Assembly: GCA_040768745.1 (NCBI GenBank)
Contig: JAXGMI010000001.1
Span: 1,536,001 to 1,600,000 of the forward strand
Length of the DNA stretch: 64,000 nt
Source of the DNA: Desulfomicrobium sp.
GTDB taxonomy: Bacteria > Desulfobacterota > Desulfovibrionia > Desulfovibrionales > Desulfomicrobiaceae
Reading direction: 5' to 3'
Shown here: piece by piece, positions 60,974 through 64,000 of the stretch
Numbering within the stretch: the stretch's first letter is position 1
How the letters are laid out: each line of letters begins with the position of its first letter
Position numbers and translations under genes: made by a program
Notes under the pieces: generated by a model
The model's input: the letters and a program-made list of their open reading frames with translations, nothing else
Database searches by the model: none
Told to the model about the DNA's origin: nothing

Positions 60974-62281
60974 ATGAAGACGTACAGGGTAGCTCTGTGT
61001 GCCTTGCTTTTGATGACCTGGAGTGGGGCACTTTGGGCCAAAGAGACGATGTCCATGAAGGATGCCGTGGAGACTGGCCTCAAGCAAAATCCCACCATCC
61101 TGGCTGCCCGCGAGGCACTGTACGCTTCAGATTATGCCGTCAAGGCCTCCAAGGCGGCGTTTGGCCCGGCCATGAGCACCAGATACGGGTATACACGGCT
61201 GGACGAGCGTCCGCAGTCCTTTGGGCAGACCGCTGGCACATTGGACAATTGGCAACTTCAATTCAACATCTATCAGCCACTGTTCACTGGATTTCAACTT
61301 TTGACCACGTATGAAAAATCGATACTTTTGAAGGAGCAGGTCGCTTCCCAAATCAATAACGCAGAGCTGCAGTTGATTGTGGCTATTCAAAACGTTTTTC
61401 TGCAATTACTCCAGGCCAGGGAGAATGTACGTTCAGCAGAAGATTCTCTGGCGAGGCTTCGTTCCCAGCTGAAGGTCAATACCGCTTTTTACGAGGTTGG
61501 GTTGCGCCCTAAGCTGGATATGCTCCAGGCGGAAGTTGACGTGGCAACTGCCGAGCAGCTCCTGGTTGTCGCGAAGAACAATGTGGACACATTGGGAGCC
61601 CAGCTCAATACTTTGCTCGGCAAAGACGTCAATGCCGATACCGAATATATCGGATCGCTGGGATACTATCCTCTTCCATTGACGCTTGAAGAATGCCTGC
61701 AAAAGGCAGCCATGTACCGGCCAGATTTAATCATTGCCAGGCAGTCCGTCATGCTGGCCGAAAAGGATGTCGTTCTCGCCAAGGCCGGCTATTATCCCCA
61801 GGTTGCCGCAGAGTTCAATTATTTCCGCGATGGGGAAGATCCATCCATGAAAGGTGGGGAGTATCATACGCCCAGCGAGTGGAACGCCCAGGTTGGCATG
61901 AACTGGAAATTCTTCGAATGGGGAAAGACCTATTATGGTCAGAAGCAGGCGGAAAAAAATGTGATCCGGTTGGGACAAGAGTATCAGAATCTTGAGAATC
62001 AAGTCTCCTTCGAGGTCAAAAAGAACTTCCTGCAGATCAAAGAGGCTGCGGAACGCATTGTCGCTGCAAAACAGGGGCTGATCGCTGCCAAGGAGAGTTA
62101 TCGTATGGCCGTAGCCAGATACGAAGCCCAGGTGGGCACCAACACGGATGTGCTTGATGCTCAATCAGCGCAAACAGCCAGCGAGGCGAGTCTCAACGGA
62201 GCACTGTCGGCCTATGGACGGGCTATTGCCGATCTGTACGGCTCCATGGGGCAAAAAAATCCGGAACTTCTCCCGCAGTAA
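60974..62281 (+). CDS. TolC family outer membrane protein
   Basis: Signal peptide; two outer-membrane efflux repeats (NP, QPLFTG, YEVG....D.L.A, YEAQVGT..DVLDA). Confidence 0.92.
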   Translation: MKTYRVALCALLLMTWSGALWAKETMSMKDAVETGLKQNPTILAAREALYASDYAVKASKAAFGPAMSTRYGYTRLDERPQSFGQTAGTLDNWQLQFNIYQPLFTGFQLLTTYEKSILLKEQVASQINNAELQLIVAIQNVFLQLLQARENVRSAEDSLARLRSQLKVNTAFYEVGLRPKLDMLQAEVDVATAEQLLVVAKNNVDTLGAQLNTLLGKDVNADTEYIGSLGYYPLPLTLEECLQKAAMYRPDLIIARQSVMLAEKDVVLAKAGYYPQVAAEFNYFRDGEDPSMKGGEYHTPSEWNAQVGMNWKFFEWGKTYYGQKQAEKNVIRLGQEYQNLENQVSFEVKKNFLQIKEAAERIVAAKQGLIAAKESYRMAVARYEAQVGTNTDVLDAQSAQTASEASLNGALSAYGRAIADLYGSMGQKNPELLPQ

Positions 62282-62306
62282 CATCTCCGAAGAGGCCCGG
62301 GTTGTT

Positions 62307-64000
62307 TCAGGATCCGGGCTTTTTCTTTCGTCTGGGCAGAGTGCATTTTTTCTCTGCGAGAACGGCTAACTCCGTCAGTCGTTCGTCCACAGCCGCGTAG
62401 ATCGATTTTAGAGAAAAACGTCCGTTCTTGAGCCGGACTCCGGCCTTCATGCCGGTCAGGATTTCCATGGCCTCTTCAATGGTGTCGACGGGATAGATGT
62501 GGAACAGTCCATCCTTTACGGCCTGGAGCACATTATCGCGCAGCACGAGATGAACGATGTTGTCCTGAGGCAGCAGCACGCCCTGCTTGCCAGTCAGGCC
62601 GCGGCGGCGGCAGACTTCAAAGAACCCTTCCACCTTGTGGGTCACCCCGCCCACGGCCATGATAGCCCCGGATTGCGAAATGGCGCCAGTGAAGGCCAGA
62701 TCAAGTCGGATGGGTACTCCGGAGAGGGCGGAGAGAAGGGCTGCCAGTTCCGCTCCGGACGCCGAATCTCCGTCCACATGTGCATAGCTCTGCTCGAAGC
62801 AAAGGCTGCCGGTCAGGACTAGAGGCTTTGAGCGGGCAAAGAGGTTCATGAAATAGCTTTTGAGAATCATCATGCCTTTTGTATGGATTGGGCCCCCGAG
62901 TTCGGCTTCCCTCTCCAGGTCCATGATCCCCCCATGCCCAACGCCGATAGTACAGGATATCTGGTGCGGCAGGCCCATCACATATTCGCCGACCTGGGTG
63001 ACGGAGAGTCCGTTGGCTACGCCAATGCCCTGGCCTTGGGTCCTGACTTTGATTGATCGGCGGTCGTATTCGCGCAGGAATTCTTCCTGGTAAAGATTCG
63101 TGCGATACTCCCTCTCGGCAAGGGCCTGTTTTACGATGGACGCGTCGATGATGCGTTTCCCGCATGATTGAGCAACAGCATTGGTCTCTATCATGATTTC
63201 CCGCAGGTGGGAGAAATGCAGGGACAGTCGTTCCCTGTCTTCGGCCATGCGGGTAGAGTAGTCGACCAGTTCTGCCAGCCCGTCCTTGATGAATGTGCGC
63301 AGCCCGCTTTCGCGGGCGATGCGGGCTAAAACCTGCGCATAACAGGCAATGGTTTCGGCTGTACGGTCGATTGTATCTTGGATGTGAGCCTTGAGCTTGA
63401 ATATTTTGCGAAATCGTTCGTCATGCATGTAGAGGATTTCATAGGTTTCATCGTCGCCAATCAGGATAACCTTGAGAGAAAGTGGAATTGGATCAGGGCT
63501 GATCGTCCGGGTGCGCAGGATGTCATAGTGATCGGTGGGATCTTCCAGCCGGGACTCCCGGGTACGCAGGCAGCGGAGAAGTCCTTCCCAGGATGTTGGA
63601 TGGCTCAAGAGATCCTCAACACGCAAAATGAGGTACCCTCCATTGGCCCGGTGTATGGCCCCGGCTTTGAGCAGGGAGAAGTCGGTATAGTAGGTGCCCC
63701 ACTCTGTCTCGCGTTCCACACAACCCAGAAGGTTAAAGAATCCTGGGGTGATTTCCTTGATCACCGGCGCTCCGACAGTGTCGGAGTTGTCCACGAAAAG
63801 GTTCACATCATAGCGTTGAAAAAAAGAATCTGAATGAGGCTCGCTCTGCTGGTCAGGGCCTCCCCGCTGGTCGCGCTCGGGCCTCCCCTGATACTGGGCA
63901 AGGTTGTCCAGGATGTCTTCCTTGAAATCATCGAAGTAGGCCTTGAGGTCTCTATTGTATGCAAATTTTTTGCGGATAGGAGTCAGAACCCTGTCTACTA
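62307..64000 (-). CDS. Lon-like (S16) AAA protease, partial (apparent frameshift in T-run near 63818-63825)
   Basis: KAGAIHRANGGYL, NGLSV, FEQSY..VDGDSAS (Ser) and GGV..K.EGFF (Lys) motifs. Confidence 0.9.
   Translation of the reverse strand, partial: VDRVLTPIRKKFAYNRDLKAYFDDFKEDILDNLAQYQGRPERDQRGGPDQQSEPHSDSFFQRYDVNLFVDNSDTVGAPVIKEITPGFFNLLGCVERETEWGTYYTDFSLLKAGAIHRANGGYLILRVEDLLSHPTSWEGLLRCLRTRESRLEDPTDHYDILRTRTISPDPIPLSLKVILIGDDETYEILYMHDERFRKIFKLKAHIQDTIDRTAETIACYAQVLARIARESGLRTFIKDGLAELVDYSTRMAEDRERLSLHFSHLREIMIETNAVAQSCGKRIIDASIVKQALAEREYRTNLYQEEFLREYDRRSIKVRTQGQGIGVANGLSVTQVGEYVMGLPHQISCTIGVGHGGIMDLEREAELGGPIHTKGMMILKSYFMNLFARSKPLVLTGSLCFEQSYAHVDGDSASGAELAALLSALSGVPIRLDLAFTGAISQSGAIMAVGGVTHKVEGFFEVCRRRGLTGKQGVLLPQDNIVHLVLRDNVLQAVKDGLFHIYPVDTIEEAMEILTGMKAGVRLKNGRFSLKSIYAAVDERLTELAVLAEKKCTLPRRKKKPGS

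Overview
This 64-kb window looks like chromosome from a sulfate-reducing Desulfovibrionales-type bacterium (Desulfomicrobium-like, inferred from gene content). From left to right it contains: pyc and a suhB-like gene; an AT-rich, IS-scarred accessory region (about 3.9-17.1 kb) with IS3-like, IS1634 and IS1380 elements, truncated TTT and TRAP transporters, an unannotated UGA-containing HesB/ErpA-like selenoprotein and a DUF4037/DUF4125 pair; an amidase; an arsenic/zinc/thiol-redox cluster; glnA followed by a divergent RelA/SpoT-synthetase-like protein; a 12-gene aromatic amino acid super-operon that uses the archaeal-type aroA'/aroB' entry; an HD-HAD fusion; a CofD-like gene; two tRNA-Phe genes; livKHMGF; a 9.2-kb capsid-less satellite-like element (integrase, AlpA-like, Prim-Pol, DUF927) integrated in tRNA-Arg(TCG); tolC; and a partial Lon-like gene. 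The most notable feature is two-tier attenuation of the super-operon. A 28-aa leader peptide with a YFFWYFYF run sits at the 5' end. A second attenuator uses the Trp-Trp-Trp C-terminal tail of TyrA itself as the sensor, with an antiterminator and terminator in front of trpE. Many genes have single-base frameshifts, mostly in homopolymers; these are most likely long-read sequencing errors. All family assignments come from motif recognition by eye; no database search was run.
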